The notes: generated from the letters alone by a model not told the origin. A stretch of DNA of 41,513 nucleotides from Candidatus Iainarchaeum sp. (GCA_043816965.1 JBDRHK010000031.1:1-41513), one strand, 5' to 3'. Shown: positions 8,758-19,096, counted from the stretch's first letter. A program made the numbers and translations.

Positions 8758-11271
8758 ATGAAAGCCCAAACCTCAATTGAGATGCTGATAATTGTTGCAG
8801 TATCTTTAGTGGTTTTAGTAGCTGTTGTTGCATTTGCAGGGGACCAAATTGGAACCATTAACCAGCATACAGATTCTGACAAGGCACAGAAGAGTGTTGA
8901 GGACCTGAGGGATGCGGTTAGGGAGGTTTATGCCGAGGGGATGGGGGCGAAAAAACCTGTTTTCATTGAAATTCCCCATAGCATCGATCCAACTCGCACA
9001 GGGCTTGAGGGGGAGGCGATTGTAATAAATATTGCCGGGAGTGACTTCATTGCAGAAACAGGAATCACGCTTGCGGGAAGCATTCCAACCGAGCCTGGCG
9101 GGCACAATGTCTGGGTAGAGGCAAGGGAGGGATTTGTTTTCATTGGTTTGGGAAAAATCTCGCTTGATACGGAATCGGTTTATGTCACAATGCCGCAAAG
9201 CAGCAATGCAAGTGACAGCATATTGGTGACAAACAATTCAGGTTATGGGGTGGATGTTTTTGTTTCAACAGTTTGGCCGCATTCAGATGTAACACTTAAT
9301 CCAACCCCTGCCAGCTTTTCAATTATTGACGGCGGTTCTGGAACAATTGATTTGGCTTTCAGTTCCTCTGGCGCCGCGATCGGCAATTACCCCGGCACCC
9401 TGGAAATAGATGTTGCAATCCCTGATGGCGATGAAAATTTAAGCATCCCCCTGAATGCTGAGGTTTTGGTCGGAAGCGGCGGTGGTTCTCCACTTGCGCT
9501 TTACGCTGGAACATGGAGCAGCAGCACAGTCGGCGGCGGAAGTGATAGTGCCGGCTTCCAAGCCTGCAACAGCTCTGATTCCGCACTGAGCACAGTTTCA
9601 TTTGCAAATTCAACAGGCGATGCTGGCGATTGGGTCGGCGCCATAAGCACTATTGCATCAATAGCCGCACAGAGCTGTGAGAATTTCAACATAATCTACA
9701 CAGTTCCGGGTGGCACAAGCAGCGGCCTGCATACCGGGACAGTGACCGCCACAGATGCCGCAACAAACGAGGATTCTGTTTCACTGCAAATAACAATTGA
9801 GAGCCTTGCAGCGGCCTTCAACTTTTCATGGTCAGGCGCCTCCTTCAACGGGCCTGGAAACAGATTGCAGAATTGGCTTATTGAAAATACCGACACAGAA
9901 GACCTAACCATCACAAGAATTATTGTCTGGGACTGGAACGAGGCTGATTTGGACGATGCCTTGGTTAATGATGTGCGCATGAATGATGTTGATTTGCTCC
10001 CAGGCGGAACCTACTCGGCCGGGGAATGGATTGACATCACGGATTTCACGATTCCCGCGAGCACAAGCTACCAGAGCAACAACAATTACATAAGATTTTC
10101 AAGCAGGGCCAATGAGGACGGCGAATACTTCCGCATTACATTTGAATTCAGCGATTCCTCCACTTATACTACTGCTGTTTTCGAAACTGTTGATAGCACT
10201 CCGCCGGTTATTCTGCTGGAATTGCCAACAAATGGGCATGATGAGGATACTAACTCAACCATACAATTCGATTACGAGGTAAGTGATGCAACATCCGGGA
10301 TTGCCTCGTGCTCATTGATACTTGATGGTTCAGTAGACCAGACGGATAATTCAATTACTGAAGATACAACTCAATCATTCGTTAAGGATTTGGGCAACGG
10401 CTCTTACACTTGGGATGTTAACTGCACAGATGATGCCGCAGGGAGCAATGAAGGGACAAGTGGGGAGAATAGGGATTTGAATGTAAGCGTCCCCCCAGAC
10501 ACTACCCCGCCAGTTATTATACTCGAATCCCCGGCCGCAGGATATGAGGAGGATTCAAATAGCTCGATACAGTTCGATTATAATGTGACAGATGCCGCAT
10601 CAGGAATTGCTTCATGCTCATTGATACTTGATGGCGCTGTTGACCAGACAAATAATTCAATTACTGAGGGAACAACACAATCATTTGTAAAAACCATGAG
10701 TAATGGCACTTACACTTGGGATGTTAACTGCACAGATGATGCTCCGGCTAGCAATCAGGGAACTAGTGGGGCGGCTAGGGCGCTAGATGTTAACATTGTT
10801 GCCGTGCTCGGCTATATCAGCATTGCTTTTGACAATTTCGATTCCGGTGGATGGGGCGGCGGAACAGGCTGGCTAGGGACATGGTATCATTCAGGCGACT
10901 CCTCTGTAACCACATCAGGAACCGCATACTCCCCAGCATACCATCTTAGGCTGAGAAGGGCAACAGGCTATGCCGACAGGAGCGTTGACCTTTCAGCAGC
11001 CATCACTCCAAGAATAAGGTTCTGGGCCAAGGCGAATAGCTTTGAATCCGGAGAGGAAGCATATCTCTTAGTTAGCGATGATGATTCAAACTGGACTGTT
11101 GTATATGCTTGGGTTAATGGTGATGATGACAATATATATCATTATTACGACATCCCTCTTGACGGAATCCTGCTCTCAAGCACATTTTGGATTGCGTTTG
11201 ATGCAGAAATGAGCAATAACCAGGACCAGTTTTATGTTGACGACCTTAATATAGTCGGGCTCAGCTCTTAG
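8758..11271 (+). CDS. Large pilin-like adhesin: class III signal peptide plus Ig-like repeats
   Basis: MKAQTSIEMLIIVAVSLVVL (class III signal). S/T/G/D-rich beta-strand body with two ~102-aa DxTPPVI...SCSLILDG...YTWDVNCTD repeats. Confidence 0.88.
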   Translation: MKAQTSIEMLIIVAVSLVVLVAVVAFAGDQIGTINQHTDSDKAQKSVEDLRDAVREVYAEGMGAKKPVFIEIPHSIDPTRTGLEGEAIVINIAGSDFIAETGITLAGSIPTEPGGHNVWVEAREGFVFIGLGKISLDTESVYVTMPQSSNASDSILVTNNSGYGVDVFVSTVWPHSDVTLNPTPASFSIIDGGSGTIDLAFSSSGAAIGNYPGTLEIDVAIPDGDENLSIPLNAEVLVGSGGGSPLALYAGTWSSSTVGGGSDSAGFQACNSSDSALSTVSFANSTGDAGDWVGAISTIASIAAQSCENFNIIYTVPGGTSSGLHTGTVTATDAATNEDSVSLQITIESLAAAFNFSWSGASFNGPGNRLQNWLIENTDTEDLTITRIIVWDWNEADLDDALVNDVRMNDVDLLPGGTYSAGEWIDITDFTIPASTSYQSNNNYIRFSSRANEDGEYFRITFEFSDSSTYTTAVFETVDSTPPVILLELPTNGHDEDTNSTIQFDYEVSDATSGIASCSLILDGSVDQTDNSITEDTTQSFVKDLGNGSYTWDVNCTDDAAGSNEGTSGENRDLNVSVPPDTTPPVIILESPAAGYEEDSNSSIQFDYNVTDAASGIASCSLILDGAVDQTNNSITEGTTQSFVKTMSNGTYTWDVNCTDDAPASNQGTSGAARALDVNIVAVLGYISIAFDNFDSGGWGGGTGWLGTWYHSGDSSVTTSGTAYSPAYHLRLRRATGYADRSVDLSAAITPRIRFWAKANSFESGEEAYLLVSDDDSNWTVVYAWVNGDDDNIYHYYDIPLDGILLSSTFWIAFDAEMSNNQDQFYVDDLNIVGLSS
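10192..10800 (+). repeat. Intragenic tandem duplication, two ~306-bp Ig-like units
   Basis: Units start at 10192 and 10498. Long identical DNA blocks such as TACACTTGGGATGTTAACTGCACAGATGATGC occur in both. Confidence 0.85.
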
Positions 11272-11282
11272 GGGTTAAGAAA

Positions 11283-11675
11283 ATGAGTAATATGCAGGGC
11301 CAAATTTCAGTCGAATTCCTGATAATCCTAATCGTCCTTTTCCTGGTCCTTATTTTTTCGGTCTGGGTTTCGGGAGTTAAGGGCAAGGAAGTAAATGATT
11401 ACAAAATTAATGAGTCGGCAAAATTGGCCGCATTCAACACAGCAACAGCAATAAACGGGGCATATCTCGCGGGAGATGGCTTTGAATCTGTTGTTGAAAT
11501 GGATAGCTTTGGGTTTGATTTCAATATTTCAGTAGAGGGAAGTGCGGTTGTTGTTTCCTGGGAAGATAAGTTTGTTGATTATCCGATTTTAACAGACAGG
11601 GTTGTTTTAGGAGACATTGCTTTCGGGGAAATTGCCGCAATCAGGACAATTGATGGGAATGTTTTTTTGGGCTGA
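11283..11675 (+). CDS. Pilin-like protein (class III signal)
   Basis: QGQISVEFLIILIVL motif. Confidence 0.85.
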   Translation: MSNMQGQISVEFLIILIVLFLVLIFSVWVSGVKGKEVNDYKINESAKLAAFNTATAINGAYLAGDGFESVVEMDSFGFDFNISVEGSAVVVSWEDKFVDYPILTDRVVLGDIAFGEIAAIRTIDGNVFLG

Positions 11676-11685
11676 GGGGAGAGAA

Positions 11686-12195
11686 ATGGACAAAAAAGGG
11701 CAGATAATTTCAAATGACCTGATTTTCGGGCTGTTGATTTTCATTTTTGTCCTCTCCCTGTTTTTTGTTTCATATAATTTGCTTCTCATCAGGAGTTTTA
11801 GCTATGTGCAATTTGAGGATATGAAAATTGCCTCAGTTCCGGCCATGCAGGCACTGGCGCATTCCCCTGGCGAACCAAACAACTGGGAGGAGTTTGGTGA
11901 TTTGAATAACGTTAGTTCAATTGGCCTTGTTTCCTCAAGAAATGATTTGGGCCAGGCAAAGATAGATATGATTCAGGATTTTAATGCCCTTCATTACTGG
12001 AAAATAAAGGAATTGCTGGGAATTGCAAAATATGATTTCCATGCAGAGATAATAAATCTGCAGGACAACCAGCAGCTTGCGGAATTTGGCATTTCCCCAG
12101 ACCAAAACGCATTGGTGAGCTCAAGCACAGCCATATCCAACTTAGATGGGAAGAAGGTAAAGATTTTGCTGAAGGTGTTCCAAAATGGGGGGTAG
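11686..12195 (+). CDS. Minor pilin-like protein
   Basis: MDKKGQIISNDLIFGLLIF, then SPGEPNNWE...SIGL. Start at ATG 11686. Confidence 0.85.
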   Translation: MDKKGQIISNDLIFGLLIFIFVLSLFFVSYNLLLIRSFSYVQFEDMKIASVPAMQALAHSPGEPNNWEEFGDLNNVSSIGLVSSRNDLGQAKIDMIQDFNALHYWKIKELLGIAKYDFHAEIINLQDNQQLAEFGISPDQNALVSSSTAISNLDGKKVKILLKVFQNGG

Positions 12196-12619
12196 GGGCT
12201 TTTTTATTTCAACAGATGGCTTGATTGCGCTTTTTGTAATGCTTGTTATATTCATTGCAGCCGCAGGCTATATGGGGCAGGCAAGTTCAACCTCAGTGGA
12301 ATCACTCAACCTCAAAAGATTCTCGATGGACTCGATTTCAACTCTTGAAAAAACTGGGGATTTGGAGGATGCTGTATTGCAGGACAAAACAACAAAAGTA
12401 AGGCAGTTCCTTAACAAACTCCCCAATTCTTATTGTGCAACAATTAACATTTACGGCAGCAATGATTTGAATTCTGCAGTTATGTCTGTTACAAAGGGGG
12501 GCTGCAAAAAAGCCTCAGGGGAAACCGCCTCAATAACGCGCTCTTTCATAGTGAGGAATGGCAGTGACCTGAACTTCTTCACCGCACAGATGAATATGTG
12601 GCACGGGGTGAGTGCATGA
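12185..12619 (+). CDS. Minor pilin-like protein
   Basis: RGFFISTDGLIALFV class III-like signal. Confidence 0.82.
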   Translation: MGGRGFFISTDGLIALFVMLVIFIAAAGYMGQASSTSVESLNLKRFSMDSISTLEKTGDLEDAVLQDKTTKVRQFLNKLPNSYCATINIYGSNDLNSAVMSVTKGGCKKASGETASITRSFIVRNGSDLNFFTAQMNMWHGVSA

Positions 12620-13482
12620 ACAGGGGTTTTATTCTGGCAATAAGCACAGTGCTAATAGCCCTCTTCCTCCTTTCCTTCTCGGCAATTTATCTGGAAAATA
12701 GCAACGAGAGAAATTCAACTATTTCTGCCTCATTTTCGCCGCTCAAGGCAGGCTTCATAGTGGATGATATTGAAAATGACTTCAACTGGCTGTTGGGAAC
12801 TGAAATCGATATAAATCAGGGGGCGCATTTAACCTCAATCTACATTTATGACAAAATTCCCTCAGACCAGAACAAGTATAGGGTTATTGATTATGCGGAC
12901 TTTATAGAAACAGGTTATGCCGGAAAGCAGAATGCGGCAATTGATTTGAATGTGGATTCCGCCGCTGATGGGAGAAGCGAACTTGAATTCTGGAATGGCT
13001 TAGAATACGACTATGGTTATGAGGGGAGCAACCAAATAGATTTTTTTGTTTCAGGGGAGGACACCAATGCCCTGACCTACGACATCTATGTTTTGGTTAA
13101 CAAATCCTCAGCATACTCTGTTCCCTGGGCCTGGGATTCGGGGGGAGATGTAAATGTAAACCTCAACTATGTTGATTTAAATGCCACTGCAACCGTGAGC
13201 TATTCTGGAAAACTGGACTCCTCAATTGCGAACAGTTATGAATTCGATTACTCCCTTTCGGGAGGGGACACATTCACAATTGCTATCGGCTCAATTGCGG
13301 GAAATTCGCGCGCCCTGCGGTTCAGCGAAAATTTTTCCGTGTCTGATGCAAGGGCTGAAATTAGGGTAAGAATGGACCAGCCCTCAATCCAGAGAAGGGC
13401 ATTTGCAGAATACCCTGTTGATTTGAATTATTCCCAATTGGATGTGAATTATTCCTCAAGAATTAGGCTTTGGGGAGGATAG
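12616..13482 (+). CDS. Minor pilin-like protein
   Basis: MNRGFILAISTVLIALF. ATGA overlap with the previous gene. Confidence 0.8.
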   Translation: MNRGFILAISTVLIALFLLSFSAIYLENSNERNSTISASFSPLKAGFIVDDIENDFNWLLGTEIDINQGAHLTSIYIYDKIPSDQNKYRVIDYADFIETGYAGKQNAAIDLNVDSAADGRSELEFWNGLEYDYGYEGSNQIDFFVSGEDTNALTYDIYVLVNKSSAYSVPWAWDSGGDVNVNLNYVDLNATATVSYSGKLDSSIANSYEFDYSLSGGDTFTIAIGSIAGNSRALRFSENFSVSDARAEIRVRMDQPSIQRRAFAEYPVDLNYSQLDVNYSSRIRLWGG

Positions 13483-13524
13483 CGAAATTTTATTAATAAG
13501 CAAGTGATAATATAAGTGGTTTTT

Positions 13525-15420
13525 ATGAAAACAATTGATGGCAAGAAAATTATCGCGACAAAGGGCAATGCTGAGAAGGAAAACCTCCTGGGCCACCCGG
13601 ATAAATGGAGCTTTGACCCTGAAAAACTGAAAAGGGCCGAACCTGATTCTGTTAAAACCAAGGGCAAGCCATCCCCAATTGTTGAAACAAAAATTGAAAA
13701 GATGATGAATCTCCTCCAATCCAGAAAGACTGTTGATTTTGCCGAGCTTTCCAGGGAACTGGGCATTTCGCAGGAAAGTGTTGAGAATATCGGCAAGGTT
13801 ATGGAGAAGCATGGCCTGGTCGATGTAAAGTATCCTGCAACAATGATACATGGCCCGAAGATTGAATTCAAGAAAGGATTGACGGTAAAGGAACGAAAAG
13901 AGGACAGCGGCGCCATTATTGAAAGATATTCATTAAATGTTGATTTTGTCCCTGCTGAGGTCAGGATTGTGCAGAGCAAGGAGGAGGGAAGGGCTTTCTA
14001 TGACATTTCACTCTCTATCTTGGGCCCATATACCGAACTTTTCTTTGAGGAATTGAAAGAGGATATTGCTGAAAAAATTCCTTTTGAGATTGTTGAGATA
14101 ACTGATTATGTGAAAAATCAGGACCTCAAAAAGAAATTCTTTGAAATTTCCAAAGCCGAACTGGGAAAATATATTGCGGGAGATAGTGAAAGAAACATCA
14201 ATCTCCTTGCAGGAACACTGCTGCACTCAATGTATGGTTTGGGAAACCTTGAACTCCTGATGTCTGATAATTTCCTTGAGGAGGTTGCAATCAACTCCTC
14301 AAAAACCCCTGTTGCGGTTTATCACAGAACCCATGGCTGGCTGAAAACAAATGTCTTTTTAGGGAGCGAGGATGCCATCTCAAACTATTCCTCACAAATC
14401 GGGAGAAAGGTGGGGCGGGAAATAAATACCCTCAACCCAATCCTTGATGCCCACCTTCTTTCAGGGGACAGGGTTAATGCAACCCTTGCGCCTATTTCCT
14501 CATCAGGAAATACCCTTACAATAAGGAGATTTTCAAGAAGGCCATGGACAATAATTGACTTTATTGGCAAGAGCCATGCAATGAGCATTGAGATGGCCGC
14601 ATTGCTGTGGATGGCAATGCAATATGAGATGAGCATTGTTGTTGCAGGAGGAACTGCCTCAGGGAAAACCTCCGCACTGAATGTCCTCAGTTCTTTCATC
14701 CCCAATTACCATAGGATAATTTCAATAGAGGATGTAAGGGAAATAATGCTTCCTGAAACATTGAAATGGAACTGGGTTCCCTTAAGCACAAGGACCCCAA
14801 ACCCTGAAGGCATGGGGGAAGTTTCCATGCTTGACCTTATGCAGGCTTCTTTGAGAATGCGGCCTGACAGGATTATCTTGGGGGAAATAAGGAGGAGAAA
14901 GGAAGCTGAGGTTCTCTTTGAGGCCATGCACACGGGCCACAGTGTTTACTCAACAATCCATGCAAATTCCGGACAGCAGGTTTTGAGGAGATTAACAGAA
15001 CCGCCAATAGAAATTCCTCCACTCGAGGTTGAGGCCCTGGATCTTTTGATTGTGCAGTACAGGGACAGGCGAAGCAATGTCAGGAGAACTTATGAAATTT
15101 CTGAAATTGATAGTGGTGTAAGCGAGCAGCAGATGTCTATCAACAACATCTACCGCTGGAGGCCTAGGGAGGACAGTTGGGATAAGGTTAATGAGCCGAC
15201 AAAACTCATCCAGACCCTTAATCTCCACACAGGAATGACCACCCAAGAAATAAGCAGGGATGTTCTCAAAAGGGCAGAAATTCTAAGCTGGATGGTCGAA
15301 AATAAGGTTGATTCCATTGATTTGGTTGGGCAGATGATGAAGCTCTATTATTCAGATGAGGACAGTGTTGTCCATGCTGTTGAGAAGAACTATCAGGCAA
15401 AAAGAATTCTGGAGATGTGA
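13525..15420 (+). CDS. Type IV pilus/Tad assembly ATPase (VirB11/CpaF family) with N-terminal winged-helix-like extension
   Basis: GGTASGKT, SIEDVRE, LRMRPDRIILGEIR, His box HTGHSVYSTIHA. Confidence 0.93.
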   Translation: MKTIDGKKIIATKGNAEKENLLGHPDKWSFDPEKLKRAEPDSVKTKGKPSPIVETKIEKMMNLLQSRKTVDFAELSRELGISQESVENIGKVMEKHGLVDVKYPATMIHGPKIEFKKGLTVKERKEDSGAIIERYSLNVDFVPAEVRIVQSKEEGRAFYDISLSILGPYTELFFEELKEDIAEKIPFEIVEITDYVKNQDLKKKFFEISKAELGKYIAGDSERNINLLAGTLLHSMYGLGNLELLMSDNFLEEVAINSSKTPVAVYHRTHGWLKTNVFLGSEDAISNYSSQIGRKVGREINTLNPILDAHLLSGDRVNATLAPISSSGNTLTIRRFSRRPWTIIDFIGKSHAMSIEMAALLWMAMQYEMSIVVAGGTASGKTSALNVLSSFIPNYHRIISIEDVREIMLPETLKWNWVPLSTRTPNPEGMGEVSMLDLMQASLRMRPDRIILGEIRRRKEAEVLFEAMHTGHSVYSTIHANSGQQVLRRLTEPPIEIPPLEVEALDLLIVQYRDRRSNVRRTYEISEIDSGVSEQQMSINNIYRWRPREDSWDKVNEPTKLIQTLNLHTGMTTQEISRDVLKRAEILSWMVENKVDSIDLVGQMMKLYYSDEDSVVHAVEKNYQAKRILEM

Positions 15421-15423
15421 ACC

Positions 15424-16326
15424 ATGAGAGTCAGATTCATGCTCTTCTCCATTGAACAGTCCAAAAAACTAAGCAGGCGCCTGATTTTTATCGGCCGCTC
15501 ACTTTCAAGGCTGTTTCATGGGCTTAAATATGACCTTCCAAAGGCCGGTTTTGATATTGAAGCCGCCCCCTATCTCACCGCCGCCTTTTTCTCAGCTGCG
15601 ATTTATGGAGTTCTCTTCACCTTATTTATTGTTGCCCTGATGTTCTGGAGGTCATTTCTCCCTGGAGGCGTCCCTCTTCTGAATGAAGATTTTATGTTTG
15701 CCTCTTTAGTCGGTTTCCTTTTCTTCTGTATCGCCCTTATCCTTCATGCAATCTATCCGGGAATAATCTCCAAAAATATTGCCTCAAACATAGACCGGAG
15801 TTTGGTTTTTGCTTTGAAAAGCATGAGGATTCAGGTAAGTTCGGGGGTGAGTTTGTTTGATGCCATGGCAAACATTGCGAAATCGAATTATGGCGCAATT
15901 TCCAAAGAGATGGGGCATGTTGTAAAGGAAATTCGCTCCGGGATGTCTGAGGCAGACGCCATCGAGAAACTGGCCCTTAGCAGCAACTCCGACTACTTGA
16001 AAAAGACGAGCTGGCAGCTCCTAACCTCCCTGAGCAGCGGGGCCTCTTTAAGCGGGGCACTAGACTCTGTTGTGGAGATGATTACAAATTTCCAGTCAAG
16101 GTCAATAAAAAATTATGCAGGAGAGCTGAATATGTGGATTCTTCTATATCTTCTCCTCGCCGCCGCACTCCCTTCATTAGGGATTGCATTTTTTGTTGTC
16201 CTTTCCTCAATTGCGGGGGGAGCAATAGACTCCTTTATTTTGATTATGATTGTTGCTTTCGCATTTGTGATGCAGATTATTTTAATTGGGTTTGTAAAGA
16301 CGCGTGTTCCGCAGGTGTTGGCCTAG
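15424..16326 (+). CDS. TadC/T2SS-F family membrane platform protein
   Basis: TM helices and the SSGVSLFDAM...YGAISKE pattern. Follows the ATPase. Confidence 0.88.
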   Translation: MRVRFMLFSIEQSKKLSRRLIFIGRSLSRLFHGLKYDLPKAGFDIEAAPYLTAAFFSAAIYGVLFTLFIVALMFWRSFLPGGVPLLNEDFMFASLVGFLFFCIALILHAIYPGIISKNIASNIDRSLVFALKSMRIQVSSGVSLFDAMANIAKSNYGAISKEMGHVVKEIRSGMSEADAIEKLALSSNSDYLKKTSWQLLTSLSSGASLSGALDSVVEMITNFQSRSIKNYAGELNMWILLYLLLAAALPSLGIAFFVVLSSIAGGAIDSFILIMIVAFAFVMQIILIGFVKTRVPQVLA

Positions 16327-17328
16327 ATGCTTAACAGAATTGCAGCAAGGATAAGTGATTTTCTTCCCCAGAAAATTAAGGATGATAAGATCAGGCCCCT
16401 GCTTGAATTTGCAGGCAGCCAGGAGGATATGGATAGCTGGCTTGGAAAAAGAATGTTTCTGGCATTTCTGTTTGCAGCCATTGGTTTTTTGCTTCCCTTA
16501 ACTATCGGCCCATTTATGGAGGGGCTTAACCTGCCAATCAGGATTGTCTTAAGTTTTTTTCTCATGGTTCTTTTCTTTGTTTTTGTTCTCTTCCTCTACT
16601 TCCTGAACCTTTACTATGTGATTGAAAATAGGGCCTCTATTGTTGAGGCAATACTCCCTGATTTTTTGCTTCTTGTCACCGCCAACCTAAGGGCGGGCAT
16701 GACTCCCTTTGCGGCATTTCGGGGAGGGGCAAGAACTGAATTCGGGCCGCTTGCAGAGGAGGTTAAAATCGCAGCCTCAAAATCTTTGGGAACTTCCTCA
16801 TTCAGCGATGCCCTGAAAACACTGTCCCTGCGTATAAGGAGCAGGTCGCTGAAAGAAACCGTTTCCTTTTTCAGCCATGCCCTGCGTGCAGGGGGGCATC
16901 TTGCAAAACTGCTTGAGACAACCGCCCTTGACTTGAGGAAAACACAGGAAATGAGAAAGGACCTTGAGTCCAGCACAAAGATGTATGTGTTGTTTGTTGT
17001 TTTTGTGGTTGTTATTGCAAGCCCTTTGCTAATGGCGGTCAGTGTTCAGTTTATTGACATGATTACCGCAATAATAGAGCAGTCCCCTTCCACAGCTGGA
17101 AGCCCGTACAACCCATTCCCTTCGGATTTTGACATAAGTGTTGAATTTATGAGAAACCTTTCCTATGCCCTCTTCTTCGGGAATTCCCTACTCGCAGGAA
17201 TTTTCATTGGAACATTAAGTGATGGGAAAGGCCTGATGGGATTGAAATATTTCCCAGCCATACTGATGGCGTGCTTTTTGGTGTTTTTTGTGGCGGAAAC
17301 AATTCTCCCATTCATTGTGAATGTCTAA
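16327..17328 (+). CDS. TadC/T2SS-F family membrane platform protein
   Basis: LPDFLLLVTANLRAGMTP, EFGPLAEEV, GGHLAKLLE. Confidence 0.9.
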   Translation: MLNRIAARISDFLPQKIKDDKIRPLLEFAGSQEDMDSWLGKRMFLAFLFAAIGFLLPLTIGPFMEGLNLPIRIVLSFFLMVLFFVFVLFLYFLNLYYVIENRASIVEAILPDFLLLVTANLRAGMTPFAAFRGGARTEFGPLAEEVKIAASKSLGTSSFSDALKTLSLRIRSRSLKETVSFFSHALRAGGHLAKLLETTALDLRKTQEMRKDLESSTKMYVLFVVFVVVIASPLLMAVSVQFIDMITAIIEQSPSTAGSPYNPFPSDFDISVEFMRNLSYALFFGNSLLAGIFIGTLSDGKGLMGLKYFPAILMACFLVFFVAETILPFIVNV

Positions 17329-17336
17329 AAACGCAT

Positions 17337-17507
17337 TCACTCCAACAAATAATCCTGTTTGCATTTCTCGCTGCAAAATCTCCTGGCGTAAATGTTGCCA
17401 GTAGATTCTATGGGCCCCCTGCAACTCATGCATTTCTTTGCGGGAGAATGTGCATAGTTGTAATTCCTTTCAATGCTCTCAATTGTTTCAAGTTTCAATA
17501 ACCCCAT
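17337..17507 (-). CDS. Small Cys-rich metal-binding protein (TRASH/zinc-ribbon-like)
   Basis: CMSC...FCSEKC. GGAGGGG precedes ATG 17507. Confidence 0.65.
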   Translation of the reverse strand: MGLLKLETIESIERNYNYAHSPAKKCMSCRGPIESTGNIYARRFCSEKCKQDYLLE

Positions 17508-17569
17508 TAATACCCCTCCCATAAAGGATTTGCTAAAATAATTGATATAAAAAATAATAAAAATGATTG

Positions 17570-18241
17570 CTATTGGGAAATAGCCCCTAAAAGGTCGGCA
17601 ATGTCCCTCAATTCAAAATCAGCCTTAATTCCGTCCGAGGGAAACATCTGGCCATATTTTGCCAGCGCGGTTTTCATCCCCAGCTTCTTTGCCCCCGCAA
17701 TGTCCCTCCCAGGATTGTCACCAACAAAAAGAATTTCTTTTGCCGGAATTCCCAACTTCTCGATTGCCGCCTCAAACGGAAGTCTGCTTGGCTTTAACTC
17801 CCCGGTATCATCCAGAGTTACAACCACATCAAAGAAATCAGTTAGGTTCATCTCACTCAGCCTTAACCAAGCCCTCATTTTTGGGGCATCGCTTACAACC
17901 CCCAACCTAAATCCCTTTGTCCTCAGGGAAATCAGCGTGCTTCTAACATGGGGGTATGGGGACAGGAAACCCATCTGCACCCTGCGATAGGCGGTTACGG
18001 CATTTGATAGGATTTTATAATCAACCTCTCCCTGGACCTCCGCCAAAAACCTCTGGAAAATTTTCTGGTCCTCGATTCCGTGGACATCATACAACTCGAA
18101 AAGTTTATTATATGCCTTTTCCTGCTCCATCTCAAGGCCGGAATCAATCATTGCCGAGATAGCCGCTTCACAACTCATCTTCTTCATCTTCATGAAATCA
18201 ATGAGTGTGTTGTCCAAATCAAATAAAACTGCTTTTAGCAT
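17570..18241 (-). CDS. HAD-superfamily hydrolase (subfamily IA)
   Basis: LFDLDNTL, VVSD, KP, FVGDNPGRDIAGA. Confidence 0.92.
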   Translation of the reverse strand: MLKAVLFDLDNTLIDFMKMKKMSCEAAISAMIDSGLEMEQEKAYNKLFELYDVHGIEDQKIFQRFLAEVQGEVDYKILSNAVTAYRRVQMGFLSPYPHVRSTLISLRTKGFRLGVVSDAPKMRAWLRLSEMNLTDFFDVVVTLDDTGELKPSRLPFEAAIEKLGIPAKEILFVGDNPGRDIAGAKKLGMKTALAKYGQMFPSDGIKADFELRDIADLLGAISQ

Positions 18242-18278
18242 ATTAAATTTATAGGGCATTAGGTTTAACACTTTTATC

Positions 18279-18989
18279 CTATCTTTTCTTGGCAGCAGCG
18301 CGCTTAGTTAAATCAGGCCTATAATCTACTCTACGGTTTCTAATGACCCTTGCTTGGGCTCGGTCTATTTGGCGATATTGTTCAAAGCTACGGGCATGCC
18401 GGTGTGGCTTTTCAGCTCTGAAATTGGTTTTGAGTTTAACAATCTCCCATTCCTTGAACAAGATACTGAAAAATCCTTCAATAGCATAGTGTGTGAACTG
18501 TTTTTTGAATTTCGAGCTAATCACCCTATGAAGTGCAGGCATGCTAAAGGCCCTGATTCCTGAGTTCTCATGCGCCAACCCAATAAATTTCCTCGGGTTC
18601 TCCGGGTCCCTTTCAACCACCCCTCCGATAAACATTTTAATTTTCCTAGATATTGTTGCCTGCTCGGCTTTCTCAATCATTTCAGACAAATCTTTTTTAG
18701 GGACTGCCACCATGTCCGCATCCAAACTTACCACAGCCGTTGCCTCTAGCCTGGCCGCCGCTTTCATCCCAGCATAAATGGCATTCGCCTTTCCAAAATT
18801 CCTGGGCAGAATTACTACTTCGCATCTCTTCGACCTCGCAATTTCCGCGGTCTCGTCAACCCTGCCATCAACCACAACAATTATTTTCGCATCAATTCCT
18901 GTTTGCTTTACCAAATCAATGGCCCTGCCAATTAGTTTTGCTTCCCTGTAAGCAGGAATTATTATTGCTGGTTTTGTGTTGGGGGGCAT
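18279..18989 (-). CDS. GT2-like glycosyltransferase with basic C-terminal tail
   Basis: IIIPAYRE, VVVDG, NFGKANA, DAD. Confidence 0.8.
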   Translation of the reverse strand: MPPNTKPAIIIPAYREAKLIGRAIDLVKQTGIDAKIIVVVDGRVDETAEIARSKRCEVVILPRNFGKANAIYAGMKAAARLEATAVVSLDADMVAVPKKDLSEMIEKAEQATISRKIKMFIGGVVERDPENPRKFIGLAHENSGIRAFSMPALHRVISSKFKKQFTHYAIEGFFSILFKEWEIVKLKTNFRAEKPHRHARSFEQYRQIDRAQARVIRNRRVDYRPDLTKRAAAKKR

Positions 18990-19026
18990 AGTTAGAATAA
19001 GAGGTGGTGAAATTTAAATGTTTAGG

Positions 19027-19054
19027 GGACTAAATAAATACTGTTATGTAGAAG
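19027..19054. other. Candidate dif-like Xer recombination site (11-6-11)
   Basis: GGACTAAATAA-ATACTG-TTATGTAGAAG. The inner 8 bp of the arms are inverted with 7 of 8 matches. Lies ~0.6 kb upstream of xerA. Confidence 0.4.
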
Positions 19055-19096
19055 GTAATATTTTATACTCCTTGGCACATAATATTGGCGGTTTTT

